From Octopus vulgaris (taxonomy: Eukaryota): a stretch of DNA of 64,000 nt. Below, piece after piece: positions 55,828-64,000 of the stretch. A program made the translations under genes and the position numbers. Positions within the stretch are counted from its first letter, which is position 1. Each line of letters starts with the position of its first letter. The notes below the pieces were generated by a model. It had not been told where the DNA came from. It ran no database searches and worked only from the letters and a program-made list of their open reading frames with translations. The DNA lies in contig OX597815.1 in NCBI GenBank assembly GCA_951406725.2, positions 59,582,001-59,646,000 on the forward strand. Direction: 5' to 3'.

Positions 55828-56348
55828 CACACATATATACATACACACACACGCATATATATATATACATATATATACACATATATATATATACACATAT
55901 ATATATATACACACACATATATATATACATATATATATAAACACATATATATACACACATATATATACAATATATACACATATATATACATATATATATA
56001 CACATATATATATATATACACACATATATATACATACATATATATATACATATATATATATATACACACATATATATACACACACATATTTATACACACA
56101 CATATAAACTTATGATATCAGTTTCCACATCACGAAATAATACATAAATATTATTTCATGATATGCAAACTGATACCATGAGCTTACTGTCAGATATACT
56201 CATTACGTTATTTTTGTATTATCTGAAATAGAATACTTGCATATCGATTCATTGCCAAAAACTGAATATTGACTTTTATCAGATGCTTTGTATATTTATA
56301 GATAAATATATAAATATATGATAAAATATATGATATACACACATATAT

Positions 56349-56401
<53 letters not shown>

Positions 56402-56404
56402 TAT

Positions 56405-56787
56405 GGTATTCTTAAAGGGCTACATCTTACATAGTTGTGATCTGACGGTGTTCCCTGGCTTTTCAACAATCTTAATATTGAATTTGGTCTCCTTCAGAGC
56501 TTTTCTAAATCTACGGGCTAATTCTCCATGGGCTGTGGCCTCTACAAACATCACTCCTTGATATTTGTTGGTATTATACCACGTGTTTGCCCTGTTTGCT
56601 TTGTCACAACTTCTTTGTATCCTGTTTCAGTCTTTGTTTCTATATCTAGGGCAGGTAGCACTGGTATCATTACATACAATGTTATCTAATTTCTTTTTAG
56701 AAAGAAATTAGATAACATTACATGTAATGATACCAGTAGTACCTGCCCTAGATATAGAAACAAAGACTGAAACAGGATACAAAGAAT
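56405..56787 (-). mobile_element. Decayed PLE post-RT fragment (Naiad-like) with a terminal fold-back
   Basis: Manual translation CPRYRNKD*NRIQR...TWY...GVMFVEATAHGELARRF...IKIVEKPGNTVRSQL...PF; 56611-56787 is a ~88-bp-arm hairpin. The clade call is from motif recall. Confidence 0.6.
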
Positions 56788-56822
56788 ATATATATACACA
56801 TACACACATATATATATGTGTG

Positions 56823-56880
<58 letters not shown>

Positions 56881-57304
56881 AAAATTAATAAATAAAACAT
56901 ATGCATATATACATACATATATGTATGTACCTACCTCTACATGTATATATATACATACATATATGGGTACAGGACACCAAAAAACGTCGAACACAATGAG
57001 AAACGAAAACATAAACACAAAACCAAGGAACTGGACATTTTTCTTAAACAACGAAAAAATAGAGTACAGGACAAATAACACAAGGAACATTCCCCTTCTT
57101 CAGTCACCATGGTTTCATCTACTCTGCGTTTCGAAGGTGAAGGCGATACGCATCTTTGAGGTGAAGGCGATTTTTATATGCCAATTATGTTACACCAGCA
57201 TCAGCCTTTTCAAGCATAGCAGATCGCCAAAGGTCTCAGTCACTAGTGAGATCCAAAGTTCAAAGATCATGCTTCACCATCTCATCCCATCTTTCTGGGT
57301 CTAC

Positions 57305-64000
<6,696 letters not shown>

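Overview
AT-rich animal genomic DNA, most likely an octopus or other coleoid cephalopod (inferred from recall of the SINE/LINE families, not from a search). The only host coding sequence I can support is one 87-nt minus-strand exon (50671-50757) of a kynurenine aminotransferase-like (KYAT/CCBL) gene, so the window is probably intronic. The rest is very long (TA)n microsatellite studded with retroelements. These comprise two young CR1-clade LINE families (one full-length copy with an unusual ORF1), RTE-clade LINEs (one near-complete with a PHD-type finger inside the RT, one with its 3' UTR amplified into a 1513-bp higher-order array), tRNA-derived SINE sequence, several Penelope-like element (PLE) families, a ~341-bp satellite and a mariner fragment. 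The most striking signal outside the ORF track is about ten hand-foldable minimal type I hammerhead ribozymes with palindromic helix III, three with a compensatory U3-A8 core, together with recurrent fold-back inversions at PLE ends. The many (YI)n ORFs are microsatellite artefacts. All structures and alignments were read by eye; no searches were run.
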